In this document: positions 38,801 through 53,400 of the stretch, one piece after another
Numbering within the stretch: position 1 is the stretch's first letter
Layout of the letters: the number at the start of each line of letters is the position of its first letter
Source of the DNA: Paraglomus brasilianum
Taxonomy: Eukaryota
Assembly (NCBI GenBank): GCA_910592345.1
Contig: CAJVPI010000010.1
Coordinates: 1 to 64,000, forward strand
Length of the DNA: 64,000 nt
Reading direction: 5' to 3'
Position numbers and translations under genes: made by a program
Notes under the pieces: model-generated
What the model saw: the letters and a program-made list of their open reading frames with translations, nothing else
The model's database searches: none
What the model was told of the DNA's origin: nothing

Positions 38801-41800
38801 CTTTATAACAATAAACTGTTGTGTATGGAAACACAATTTATCAACGGTTTAAGTTTTTTTTTGTGCTTGTCCCAAAATCTCAAAACTATTTGACCCCTTA
38901 AGGAGGGTCGAGCGTTACACACGTAAGTCTAATGTCTCTTGTCCAAAAAACGCATATTGGTTTGGCTTTATGTTTTCAATGTCCTCAACTGTTTTAACAA
39001 TCTGGGTGTGTTTGAAGAACCATCAAAATAGTGCAAAATGAATATAATATATGATTGAAACACACATTTCATTGCCAATCCTTTTATGGCGGCCGTCAAG
39101 TAGTATAACGTATTAATCGATTATTACTGTATTTTTAATTATTCTGTGTATCAGCATATCATATCAGTTTAATTTAAAGTTAACAATTAGAGAAATTTCA
39201 AGTTTGTTAAAGAGAAAATTTGCAAATTTGATGCGTTGAATTAAATGGTTACGTCACGCTAAATTCTAACTTTATTGATAACAACATAACACTTTTTAAA
39301 GCAAATGCTAGTGCTAGTTTCTTGAAGTGTAAATAATTTACAACACTGGATAAAGTAATACTATCAAAAAATGCAATATTTTCGTACAGATTTCTATTAA
39401 TATTAATGGTTTTGTTGAATATCAACAATTGGGACTACTTGTTTCGACTCTATTGGATGGTTTGTATATTGCGTGTTGATCTAAATTGGCAAAGTCATCA
39501 GCCATTGCTAATGCGTAGCGTTAAAATGCTTAGTCAATAGAAGAAGGACAATCCAACCAGAAACAATGTTATATTATATTGTTATAAAGTATAATTTTGT
39601 TAGCACGTTAAATTTACTGTAGAATATCTCGACTCGTATATGCACGTATGTCAGTTCCAAGAGTTTGACAACTCAATTGAGCTCGTAATATTCTCCACCT
39701 TGTGTCTGGTCAAAAAAGTTGGGTGATATAGTTGTCAGCATATCTAAAATAGTATTTTGCTAAACCTTAACAAATATCATACTTTCTTTGTTTGGAAAAT
39801 TTAACATTCAGTCGTTCTTGATTGGAACGTCAGATATTCCGTTTACATTTGCGATAAGAATCAAACGCTGCTCTATATTATATAGTCAAACAATATTATT
39901 GACTGAAAGCGTATTGTTTAGATGTCTTGCAATAATACCGAGAATATACTGGACTGAGTTACTATAATTGAGAAAATACATAATTACCATAAACTGGGAC
40001 TTAATTTCTATTATGTGTAATTTGTATCCTGATTATGCACACTATCCCGTATGAAGCTAATATAAAGGAGAGATAGTCGAATATCCCATCCCATAAGAAT
40101 CCAGGTAAGTGTGGACACATTTACCCGAAAACATATTTGGCGATAAAAATTTTAGTTAATAGAATAATAATGAACAACATTTGAGTATTACGTACATATT
40201 ACAGGCGGCTTACACAGATAGAAAACATACGCAAACGAACTTTCAATGCTTACGGGCTGTATGCATATGCATAAGTAACATATTCAACTACTAACTTTGG
40301 TATATTTACACTAGTGTGTGTATACCTATGTATGTATTATGTAAACTTACACACTACATTATCGGGTTAATTTATTCTTATATTTGAACTCGCTTCCAAA
40401 ACAATATCGACATTACATAACTTTACAGACATCGTATAACTACATGTTTTTTACCGCCGCAATTGACAACGTGGTGGCAGGTATATACACTCAGTGGACA
40501 AAGTATTGGCAGTTTTGCCAATCAATTAGTAAACCATATGAAAAATTCCTTTTTTTGTTTTTTTTTCTTTTCAAAATCTCTATTGTCCGTACGTACTATG
40601 TAAGTCGATGTAATTTTTGTATCAGTTCGAAGCTAATTAATCGTTCTTTTTGAAAAAATAACGTGAAATTTAAATAGTTGCTGTAATGAAAGAGCGTTGC
40701 GGTATCTATGTTACATATATGAAAATGTATGAACAACATATGTATAAGAAAACTGAGTATATTATTTACTTTTTTTTCGAAAATACAATCAATTAACTTC
40801 AAAACGGTATAAATACGTGGGCGACAGAGATGTTAGGTTTTCATATGCTCTACTAATTGATCGACAAAAATTGCCAATACTTTTTTGGCCAGTGGGTGTA
40901 GTATCATTCCAAATTGGGCATGTTGTGTGACTATATAAATGTGTCGTTATGTGTGCAATATTCCGATATATAGTCATAATAACGGGTTTTGATTGTTTTT
41001 TAAAAGTACAATTATTTGTTACACTGCCGATCTGTACCGGATATTCGTTATTAAGCAAGTATCGAGAAACGCACTTTTGACCGAAGGTATCAGAAGCCCA
41101 AATTTTCTACTAAAAAGAGCGCTTGGTACTTATAATTAAAACATACATAGAGGGTTTTATTATCTTAGCACATAGTTTAAACGCTCTCCCCCGTGGAGAG
41201 TTTAGCCGTATAAAATGCTCGAATGCATTTCCACCGACGGAGTTGCGAAAGTACACGATTTGGGGCCCGACGAAACGAAGGTAATAGGCATATATTTTTC
41301 TCTTTTGAGCATATAACAAATATGGGAGCTGTTGAATGAGTGTTCTGTCGATTCATGCGGCAAGCGAATAAAAATGAATTAGTAACAAATATTAACAAGA
41401 TACACACGATAGGTTATTATGATGCAAAATTTACTTCAAAGCATAATAATATTGCGAAATTATGTACTGTCCGTAAAAACAACGAGCGAGCGAACGAACG
41501 AACGAACGACGAATTGGCCCAAGAGACAGCGCTGTTCCTCGTCACAAGCTTATATCTTTTTTTTCCACAACAGAAGGTTTCCAAATTGTGATCCGAGTAT
41601 GCACGTTAGCTGCTTGCATTGCCGAATATCTTTGTTTTTAGCAAAAACTTTGACAGCGTTATATAGGTCGTCCGACCAAAGAACCAGGGTAAACTTGAAT
41701 TCGCATTCAAGAGTACATTAACGATGAAAAGTAATGTGCATTCAAGCTATACCAAAATTTTTTTTTCTAAAACTGCATTATTGCACACTGCTATATACTC

Positions 41801-44800
41801 GGTATAAAAGAGGTAAAAACAACAGTTTTTAAGTAACGTTCTATTATTGTTAATATGTTATAACATTAAATAATTAGACTTTCTTGTGTTTATTATGGTT
41901 ATCAATTAATTATTAATTGTATAAAGACAGCTTCCAATGGTGCTTTACTAATCGTTAAATTACTGTCCAATTAATAATACCTTGTCAATTAAAATTACCG
42001 AAACAATAACAAAAATGAAGCATTATATGTAATGGACGTAACACAGCCTCTGAAGAATGTCAAACCTTTTTCTATTATGTGTGGTACTTTGTGTTAAAAA
42101 TCACATTCCTTGGCGCGAAGCTGCACCAATTGCAAATTCACTGCGTGTCGATTAGCACTTGCGTTTGTTGTTTTTACTAAATAGAGGCTTCATTGCGAAT
42201 GTTTAATGCAAAATTCATGGTAGTACAATGTCGTCTTAATTCACAATTGACGATTGTTTTATAGAATGCACAAGAACAAACGGTTACCAAATGTGTCATG
42301 GTAAGCTAATATTAGATTGGCTTAAAATTATTGCAGTAAGCTCTGCTATCAAATAAGGCCTTTTGCTATTAGAACAATATTATGTATGGCAAATCTTATC
42401 AACACTGGAAAAAACAAAAGAAATTCTGTGCATAAGTATTTTGTCAATCGATATATAATTGGCACGATAGTAATTTTCAATCTTGCGATATCTATTATTC
42501 ATAGGTTTATAAGTTTAAAATTACAATAAAGAACAATATATGTCATTGTAATTTCAAACTTTATTTGGACATACAAACGCGTAATTGTTGTGGAACATTC
42601 TGTGCTGTATTCCACACATCAGCAGTCAATTGGCGTTGTAGACAATAACGGAAAGATAAGCAAGGCCCGACTTTGGGCGTCAGGGGACGGCCAAATTAGT
42701 ATATGAGGCGTAATATAATGCACAATGAAGGGTTGACATCTTTGGGGTTGATTAAGCGTGCAAAGCAATTAAAATGGTCGAAAACAGTCCAGAAAAAGGT
42801 TTCTATAATAAAAAAGAAGAAGTATTAGCTGGAGAGGTGTCGAAAAGACAAGCGCTATTCTGGTCTGGAGGAATTTTAATTCAAATTTTGAATTATCAAA
42901 GTTTTCAGATACTAGTTATCAAAAAAAAAAAAAATTTTTTTTTTGTCAATGAACGCAATTTATTTGTTACACGTGCATACACTGTTTCAAAGTAATTGCA
43001 AACTTTATCACCAAGATATATAGCCTTGTGGGAGATTTTGAAATACAATCAATATTCGCAATAAATACAAACAGTAAAAGGAGTTCCGAAAAAACTTCTT
43101 TAATCAAATTCGTAATCATTTATGTCGTCAAGTTTATGTATCAGTCTTATGTCACGTGAATCTATAATATGTTAAAGTTTTATTCTGTTTCTATTGTTCA
43201 ATGGCGTACCGCTTTGACTCTTCATCTCTCTGTTAAAGTCACATTTGCCAATTTAAAATTAGAACCGGAAAAAATTACGGTAAATAAAAAGATAAAAATT
43301 TTATCAATAGCGAAAAGCATAATGAACTGTTGGTTAATTCATGAATTCTTTTCTGTCAAGAAGCAAACATTAAAAAGCTCTATTGAGCAAAACCTGTTTG
43401 AAGCGTCGTGTGACACAGACGATATTCCCACGCAACCGTCAGCTGATGAGCCTGTTCAAAATAGATAAAAAAAAATTTTTTTTAGACATATCTTTTCATT
43501 CAAGAAGCTTTGCTATCTACCAATTAATTATTCCAAGCCGTACTAATGTCTGATACCTGCATAATTACCTGTAGCATTGTCAAGTTTAGGAATCGACAGT
43601 AAACTTGCTTGAAGGTCCAAGGTCATTTTCAAATTTACTTAACTGGTCTCTGCCTCGCCATGCTCTACCTACACCTTTAGCGTTCAATCGTAGGTCTAAC
43701 CGATAAATTCCTTGCCATGTTCACGGGGCTGCCGAAGAAGAACAAATTTTCTTGATCGTAGCATTGAAAAGCCAACAGTCAAGAGTAGATGGAAGAGTGT
43801 CGATGATAAATAACGCTCTTACGTTATTCAATATTATGCCTTAAATGGTATACTGGTTTGATCTGTGTCAGTTATACTCCGAGCATTACCAGTATCGAAG
43901 GATTGTTGTTTGAGACTGTTATATAATAATCCAAACCTGATATAAATAAACACCCAAAAGTAAATATAAGTCTTTGTTATATTTACGACGCCAATAGATC
44001 TTTAACCGTCTATTTTTTGTTAATATATACACGCATCGGGCGTCTTTCGTCCAGCATGACAGACAAGTAAAAAATATATACACCGCTGCCCATTGCTTCA
44101 GGTATATATATATTATATTAAAATCCATTCTGTTTTCGCAATAGTCGACCACAAGATTCTGAACTTAACGTAAACAAAGTTTATTCGAACCTTACGAGTT
44201 GACTTGCTGGAAACGTGTAGCAAGTGTTGGATTGGGAGCATGCAGGAATATGCGGGGGAGAAATGTATGCCGGAGGGAATGTTAACGAGTACGTGCTCCG
44301 GTGTACGTTCTCCGGTATCTTGTATTGGGAAAGGCGTTTCCCAGAAAAATACTAACGTTTTCAAGGTATAATGTTATAATGTTTGGTTTTCGGAACAAAC
44401 CGGAGACGTATTTCAGCAAACAACCTCCTTTTCTTCAAGGGGCAATCCTTTTTTTAGGGCCCATTAAATGTTACAAAATAAGAAGTGTGGGAAATTTTCG
44501 TCATCCAGGAATCTCACGATCATGATTTCAACGTTCAAGGGTAATCTAGACTACTTCAAAGTTTCCTATTTTTAACTACGTAGCTCTGACTAGCACATTT
44601 AATAATTTCGAACCGTAATTAGCCAATGATTGTATATTAGCACGCTGACCGAAATCAAAAGCATCGCGGCAAGTATGAAAAAGTTTAATGCGATGAAGTT
44701 GGAGACTACTGTCAAATTTGACAGAATAGAAGATGCTATATAATAACTAAGTATTCTTAACGCGTGCAATATTTGAATAATGCTTCTAAAGCATGCGATG

Positions 44801-45475
44801 AGATTGAGTCCTGTTCCTTCTGATGCTATTCTAAACTTGTACACTTTCCCACCGTAATGGAACAAATGAACTTATTGACATTCAAACTTATAATTTAAAT
44901 AAACCTGCTATGAATTTCCATAGACCCACGTCACTGGAAATCTAATGTAAAGAAACATTGAAAACAGTCATAATCACGTTTGTTTCTGCTAAAACTGGCT
45001 AGAATTACCTTTTAATAAATTAAACATGTCATTTATTCGTAAAATCGCCAACTAGACTGGGCCGTATTGGAAACCTCTTTGCGTTGTGACTTGGTATTTA
45101 TCCAAATTCAAATTAAGCCTTCTGTTGAACACGTGGAGGAACAAATAGAAAAAAAGATGTTCCAACATATAAATAGTCCTTGACGCATTCTAACACAGTT
45201 TACGTATTATTTTGGAACACCCTCCAACACTAATATGTATTAAAGTGGAGACGTCATCATACTGCTACGTGACACACACGCTTCAATAGCCCTTATCTTG
45301 AGGAACGAATTCATAAGGTACCGTCAAGATTATGAAGGTTTTGACGTTGAAGATAGCATTTCGATACTGTCTGGCTTCATATTAAACAAGAAGTAAGTAT
45401 ATGTATAAAACATATTGTAAAAGAATGGGAGAGAACGAGCCGGCGAGTCGGTGAATGGGTAAATGAGGTTAGTGG

Positions 45476-45552
45476 GATAGTTGGAATCTATGATATGTCA
45501 GTTGACATCGATAGTTGGAATCTATGATATGTCAGTTGACATCGATAGTTGG
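45476..45552. repeat. Perfect 34-bp tandem duplication
   Basis: GATAGTTGGAATCTATGATATGTCAGTTGACATC occurs twice, followed by GATAGTTGG. Confidence 0.9.
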
Positions 45553-48500
45553 CGTCTCCCTCGACAAAATTAAACAACGAAGTTGAAATGAAGGGATTAA
45601 AAAATCGATTTCTAGCATATCGATGTAAGAATGCTTGACTGTGTTATTAGTTTTAAGGTTAATTGATTGTTCATAATTCATCAGAGATGAACGCGAAAGG
45701 GAGATCCAAGAAGCACCCTTTCTCTTCGCAATTCCTGGTAGTTGCGAATCACAAATATTCTTATAGAGCAGCTTCAGCAACTGCATCATGTAATCTTTTC
45801 GTGGTAAAATATGAGGTGCGCAGCCTGCAATAATTTCAAATTTCCGCGGTGGTTGCACACAATTACAAATTTGTTAGAGAACCCGGTTATAGGCTGTGCT
45901 CCCAAGAGTTCCATTTATTACAGCACAAACGGTTTTTCGCATTTCGATAATCCATTAACAAACGTTTCATTATCATAACTTAATCGCTTTGTGAAAGTTC
46001 TAATCTCACCCCTAGGTGTTGCCGCCGAATTTCTATATTTCAGTTCTTGTCAAACAGCCAACTTGTATCAGAACAATCCTATCATTATCAATGTTAAAGT
46101 TTATCACATGTTAGGCATGCTATATGTCGATGGGTTATCTTAAATGAACAACATATCAGTTCAATATTCGTTGGTTTCTTGTACATTTTTAGGGAACTGA
46201 TCTTTGGCATTTTTGATAATATCAAAGAAACAGTCATAATAGCACTCTGATATGGAAATTACATAATGGTGCGCCTGAACAATCGATATGAATTCTGTAT
46301 TGACTATACAAATAATTTGCATGCATATTTGTTACTACTAGATCGGAAGTGTAAATAGCCGATGCGGTATATTGCACTTACTATGTCAAAAGTTTAAGTT
46401 GGTAGGCGTATTATTCAGGAGTTCGCAATCTGTTGTACCACGTGTGCTACAGTTTTACGAGATGTTGTGCAATGTAGAGGGAACACGAGCAATTACATCA
46501 TCAAATGATTATGATATATTAGATAACGCAAGATTGATTGACGGTCTGCGGTTAAAACGTTTGACTCATTCATCAGGATAGTTTGTGAACCACAGATTTG
46601 GTTAGTCAGACGCAAATTATTCCTGGGTCCTTTCTCCTAACGGAAGACAGCAGCGAGGAATTTTCTACTGGGGGCGACGCTATATATTACAAATATGCAG
46701 TTTTAGGAGGAGGGACAAATCATTGCACAAACTTTGCTAGGAATGGTTAGCTGTAATGTGTCTGCATCCACGTCCTCACATCTTATCGAGAGGTCAGCTA
46801 TCCAGATCCCTCCACAAATATTCTTCCTGCGAGATGAGATACTTTTAACAAGTTTGCGAGTTCTACTGTAATTTTCATGCTTGATCATGAATAACAGCAT
46901 AATAAAACTTTTGATCTATTCGATGCAATACGTTTTTCTCGATTGTTGGAGAGTTTATAAATCAACTATCTTGAAAGGTTTTCAAGTCTTGTTCTCATAA
47001 AATAAATGTAAAACTTTTATCCATAGTAATTAATACTTTTTTGGCAAAACAATACCACCATACAAGCTTTATTAAGTGCATATTTATTTTGTCAATCAAG
47101 ATTTGTACAGGACTATGCTATCTTTTCGTACACGCTAGAATCGTACTATTGGTCACATTATTGCGAATAGTAGAGGTCAGTTCTATATACACGTAATATC
47201 TCGCTACAATTCAAAACATAAAGTTGAACAGATGGCTTACTTAGTTTGTTGCCAATAAATTCAACGCGAAAAATATACGTTTAAGTGAAGTATGAAACTT
47301 ATAATCGAACGTTTAGTTTACGGGTCTGAATGAGAAAACTCATTAAGATGGGTGCTAATACTCTTCACGAAAAACTGGATAAGTGAACCCGATAATTACG
47401 GTCACTCGAAGAGTAGGCTATATTAACTTAGACATGCTAGATGTTATCATGCTTGTTCAATTTTTTTAGCCAAATGAAATTTCATCAGAACGTTAAGATT
47501 CGTCTCACACGACACAACAAAATCAACAACAAACAATATTATTATTATCTGCGAACCTCATTGGTTTACGATATCTTGATTAAACCCCTGTTCGACCCAC
47601 TCCTGAGAGCTGACACATTATTTCATAAAAATAACTCGATCTGACCAATTGATTGGTACTGCTGTAGGATATATTTGGTCATAACGGGACCCAAGAAATA
47701 GATAATATCTACACGTGAAAATCCCGAAATTCTTGGGCAGAGTACACAAACAAGATGATCGGGACACACTTCTACACAATCCCAGAATTGGAATTGCAAA
47801 AAACCCCCCGCCTTCTCCCATCGATGGACCCGTAGAAATTAAGATTCGATTTTCAACTTTGAAGTACGTGTATAAGAGTTTGTGGTGAAGTTTGAACAAT
47901 GATGTTCCAACCCCAAATTTGGTGACAACTAAAGCGGAGTGGATCTGTAAAAAAAAAAGTAGATATTATCCATTTCAATTGCTTGATTTTTTAATCTGCA
48001 ACGCTGCAACTCTGGATATAATTTTTAGAAGGAAAAGAATATGTTTAATTTATCCGGCTTATTTGATTAGAACTGCCGAGAAAACTTGAGCATTTTTAAT
48101 AGCGATGCTGAGACATTAATATTGTCAAAAAGCAGAACCGAGTTATTGATTATTATTGTTGCACAATTATTGTGTGAGTCTAGAATGTTTTGTATAGAAT
48201 GTATTGTGCAACTGTAACGATACAATTTGTCTTCATATCCTGCCTTTTTTTGTATTGTATTTCACGAAATTTGAATACTATTGTCACTAAAACTGAATAT
48301 CAAAATAACTTTATTATCACTTAAGTAGTACATGGATATTTGTTCAAAACCACACTCGAACTAACGTCCATATTAAGCAATTCTGTACAGTTTGTCTCTA
48401 CATCATAGTACAAGATACACGAGTGACGATCCTAATTAATAATGTAAAATAACTTGGCGGGAACCAAATTTATAATTCGTAATGAAATGCCGATTTTCCC

Positions 48501-49141
48501 CTCTTTTTACACATTCTCCAAAAACGCTGATAAAATAGTAACAGATGTATAACTATTTACAGTGAATAAAATAGTATTATCAAGTTGAGAGTTTTGACAG
48601 ATCATTAGATGGAATTACGAATAATCTTGAATCAGTTAAATCTACCGATCTTTTGTTTGATAGTACAAGTTATCTCGTCATTTCTTTATTTCCCATTGGC
48701 ATAGAATTTGGAACTGTGTTTCTCTCTTTCAAGCCGGAATTCTATTGTGCAATGTAAGCAGTTTCATTTATAGATACAGCTGCACGACGAAGCCAAACAT
48801 TGTTTATTAAGTAGAATAGGAAGGCACAATGAAAACAATACCATAAATATGTTATTCTGGTGATCACATTCCAATAAAAAACAGTCTTATTTTATGCGAC
48901 AAATGATGATTGATTTTGTTAAACTGCAATTTTTATTGTGGTATTATAAACAATGAAATTGATTTACGATAAGCTTGCATATACATATCAAATTGTTTAC
49001 TATCGTTAATATGCACTTCCCTGATACACAAATATCTACCAAATATTTATATCTGACTTTTCATTCATTTATCCGAATCCCTCATTCAACATTCCTCCAT
49101 CAAGTGAACTAACTTTATACTATCACTAAATAATCTTTGAT

Positions 49142-50448
49142 ATGGGCCATCGCTTATCCAAACAAAACGAAAAAAATCACCAGTTGCCAGCAAGGAAGGG
49201 TTCCTTAAAACCGGAAAACGGGAGTAAATATGTTGATTGCACTAATCACAACTATTTCGAACCTCTAGATGATGAGGTAGAGATGAACAGACCGTGAATA
49301 GTGAAATTAAGGATACGTAAACGGATATCTGAGTGTATTTTATTATTTGATTATTAGGAACTTCACCGGCTACAAGCACAACACTTTCTTTTACGACTTA
49401 TTCAACATGGTAACTTCAATGTTCCATTGAAGAAAACATTGTCCTTAGGGAACACCAAAGTACTCGATGTCGGGTAAGCGTTGAGCCGAAGAAATTAATA
49501 AATAATTAACAAGTAATCAATCAATTATTAAATCAATTAACCATTAATAATTAATCAACGTAGGTGTGGGTAAGTATCGTACCTCCAGTCGTACAGAATC
49601 ACCCAATGTCGTTACACTTTGACTTATTTTTACACTTAAACTTACCAGCTCAGGCACTTGGATCCTTGATATGGCGACTGATTACCCACAATCATCATTT
49701 ACTGGCTTGGACATGTCAACACTCTTTCCCACCCAAATACGTCCAGTCAACGTCTCATTCATTCAACAAAACGTACTTGAAGGATTAGCCGCAAGCGACA
49801 ACACGTTTGATTTCATACACCAGCGATTTCTTTCTGGAAGTTTCACTACCAGCCAGTGGGAGAAAATAGTAATTCCCGAGTTGACACGAGTAGTGAAACA
49901 TGAAGGATGGATAGAATTAGTGGAGAATGATGCAATGTTAGAAAATGTTGGAACGGTCGGAAAGAGACTGTGCGATGGATGTAAGTATGTGATACGGAAA
50001 GGGATTATGTTTGGTTACACATGACTAACAAACCAATAATTTCAGTGATTCAAGTATTCCAAAAGAGAAACATGGATGGAATGATAGCGAAACGATTGCC
50101 ATCAATTCTCGAGTCAACCAACATGTATTCAGAAATTTCAAAAGTCGAGACTGAAGTTCCGCTTGGTAAATGGGCAGGTGATATTGGGTTACTAGTAAGT
50201 ATAATGACATACGGCAAGCTAATATACGCAACACAGCGAAGCTATACTCATTTACTGCACGTATCTTATAGGCCCTGAAAGACATGACAGCATTCTTTTC
50301 GGCCATTAAACATCAAATGGTAGAAGAAATGCAGATATCATTCTCCGAATTCGATGGATTGTTAGCTGAATTTACTCAAGAGGTTGAGGAGTTTAAAACA
50401 ATACGAAGAATTCATTGCATATACGCCAAAAAATCGCACGTCGCATGA
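49142..50448 (+). CDS. Class I SAM-dependent methyltransferase (LaeA-like family); multi-exon
   Basis: The spliced frame reads PLDDE|ELHRLQAQHFLLR...GNF..P...KVLDVG|CG|SGTWILDMATDYPQSSFTGLD...NVLEGL...DNTFDFIHQRFL...ELTRVVKHEGWIELVE...VPLGKWAGDIG...IYAKKSHVA*. Confidence 0.93.
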
Positions 50449-53400
50449 AGAGGAGGAAGACGTGTTGTCGATGCGGAGTATTTAATGTATATCACTTTTT
50501 AAGTGATACTATCGACACTTAATTATACACTCTTTGTGAATTTAATGTACAAATATCATGGATGATTTCCAAGTAAGGCATGTAAACACAACTATAACCA
50601 AAAAGAAACAAAAAAAACCATTATTAGTAAAAGAACTCACTACGAAACTTGTTATTATGCCGTACTTGAGCATGTCTGTAATTACAACCAATAAATTTAT
50701 TAACATATGACTGTGGTAACGTTGAGGCCGCAGGTAAGGCTATTCTGTCAAAGATCGCATTCCCCAATCTTGTGGCACTTCTCAGGGTCACCTGATTTCA
50801 CGTCATTTGTCTGGACAATCTATAATAAGTCTTGTTTGTTGTACAAATAAGAATAGTATAGAACAATGTGTCTTTGTGCATGTGCATTATTGTGCATGCA
50901 AGTTTGCATGAACTAAAAAAATATTTTGGTTTACGAACTCGGTTTTCGAGTCACTTTCCTAATGATATTCACGGTTATCATAAAAATATAGATATCATGA
51001 GTATGTAAAGGTATCTAAACAGGCCCTACTATCATATCCGTAGCCACACGTGCTTCTTTCTAAAATAATGCTTCTAAAATTAGCTAAACTGACCGTCCCA
51101 TGATAATGCATAAATAAGCATTTTAATAATGATGTATGAATTAAAGTTCAACGAATTTGATTAGTCTTTTTTTTTCACGTGGGCAGTGAAAGATTATGTC
51201 GTTGACAAAGTCACCATTCTAAAGCCTGGCATATAGCAATTGAAGCATATTATATAAGCAAAGGTAGAGTAATTTCCGCAGCTTAATCTGATAGCCGTTT
51301 GGCATTGGAGGAGCCAGTCGCTTAGATTTAATGGCTTATTATATACCCGCCGTTCGATAATGACTAGCGGTTTCGAACTTGGGTTTTTACTGGAAGTTCT
51401 ATAACACTCAAAGATGATAGTTGTCGGTTAATTCCTTGTAATAGACTTCTCTGGGCGAATAGTGCTACCACTCCGTAGGAGGCACCGATATTTGCAACGT
51501 GCCATTGATAACCATTCCTAATGATGTTGACATAATGGTAACGAAGGTATTCATACAAGTTATTATCGGGTGAAGTTGTGCTTGGACATAACTAGTCTAA
51601 ATCGAATGTGCGAAGGCGACAATTGTGTTGTCATGTATAATTATTGTTATCAAGTATAATATGTTTATCTTTTTTAATTAACGTCCTTCTCTATTAGTGA
51701 TGAAGACATCTGTCGATGCGAGCCAGAATCTTTAGCAGTCAAATTGACTTACGCCATCGCAATTTAAAATGCTTGGCGTTAGTGCAAAAATCTGTGGGCT
51801 GGTAAATACATGTAGCGATCGATCGATCGATCAGTTCAAGTGCTAGCTTTAGTTTATATTAATATATATTCATTGTTTACACTATTGTTTCAATCAAAAT
51901 TATTCCCGTTCATTAAACAACTGACCACATAGACACGAACTTTCAAAAGGAGATTCGTCGAAAAGATTGACAAAGATGGACTAGACTTTACAGCGAGACA
52001 TCGACGGCAAAACAAACTACTTTTTCGAAGGTAAGGTTCGACATTTGTGCAATCAGCTTAAGCAGTCTCCTGATGAAGAGATTTAAAAGGACCTGTAGAG
52101 AAAGAAGGGATTATGTTAACCACATTGACAATTTATAATTACTCTTCCAGACGATATCAACCAGCACCATACGGATGTTACGTTGTGTCAACACGCTCTA
52201 TGCTCACCGAACGTCCATAACAATTGCTGTGCTATCAAAGACAATAGTCAAAGATCTTCTGATGGTTACAGAACGGCTCCAAGCAGATAGAACTGAGCAA
52301 GTCTACATGTGAACTTGAAACTGGTTTATTATGATGAAGAAATAAACTATGTCTAATGCGCACATAAGAGTGACAACCACAATTGATCTAATATTAAACA
52401 TTAGCTTGGAAATATTAAGATGTAAGTATTGTTTAACAATGAATGCGTAGCATCAGTATTATTAACACATGTATTGGTGGACGAAACTTAAAATTTCCTA
52501 AAATGCTATCAATAGCTGTCAAATTGATTGATAAACTAACCGAGTTCATCACTCCAATACTGTAGATATAAGCAAAATGAATCTCACTTTGAAGATACGG
52601 AAATGGATGTAAAAGAAGGATCAGTACTGCGATTTAGAGAACAAAACGTACGTTCATGGCCCCCAATAAGTGTGTTGGTACAACGTTGATAAAAGTTTTA
52701 TGTCGAAGATTGCAACACATAACAATAATAACACAAGTGACTAACGTATTTATTCCAAACGCAGGTTATTATTGCAGTTGGATGCGGAAAAAGAAATGAA
52801 AATATTCGAGAGCCTAATATGAATATTAAACGTTGCATTTAATGTGCTGCCATCTTTATCCGTCGATAACTCGGAAGACGTACCTACCTGGACTTGCTGC
52901 TAACTTCAGGGAAAGTATTGAAAGGGAACTAAGAAGATTTAATTCAGGTATACGATGCTCAAGAACTTGTATCTACGTTTTCTTCTGAAATCTAACATTT
53001 AGTGTTCGACGAACCCACTGAAACAAATAGAAGGTCTGCGTTTGAAGTTTGAATATTGCAAGTTTTTAACGTTCGGGAGTTGAGACCGTTTTAATCAAAT
53101 TTATGTTTGAATGTGAAGGGCGTCTGCTGGAATATATCACATCTCTTCCTCACTTGTGTTCTCTATGCTTTTTGAGGTTAGTCCACGTTCTGATGGGTTG
53201 CAATCATTTCACCGCACCAACGTTAGTTCGAATTTATCCTTTTTCGGTAGTTGATTGTTGGTGAGATGTACTGTCGGTGAAATGGTTCTGATTTACAGAC
53301 TTGAATGTTTTAAATTAGTTAATGTAGTGTTACCTTGATGAAGATAATCATAGAAATAGGATTTTCGGATTCGGTTGTTGGGGGATGCATTTTATTATGG

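Noticed and set aside
51900..53000. Possible decayed multi-exon gene
   Set aside because: There are scattered splice-like sites but no sustained frame or motif.
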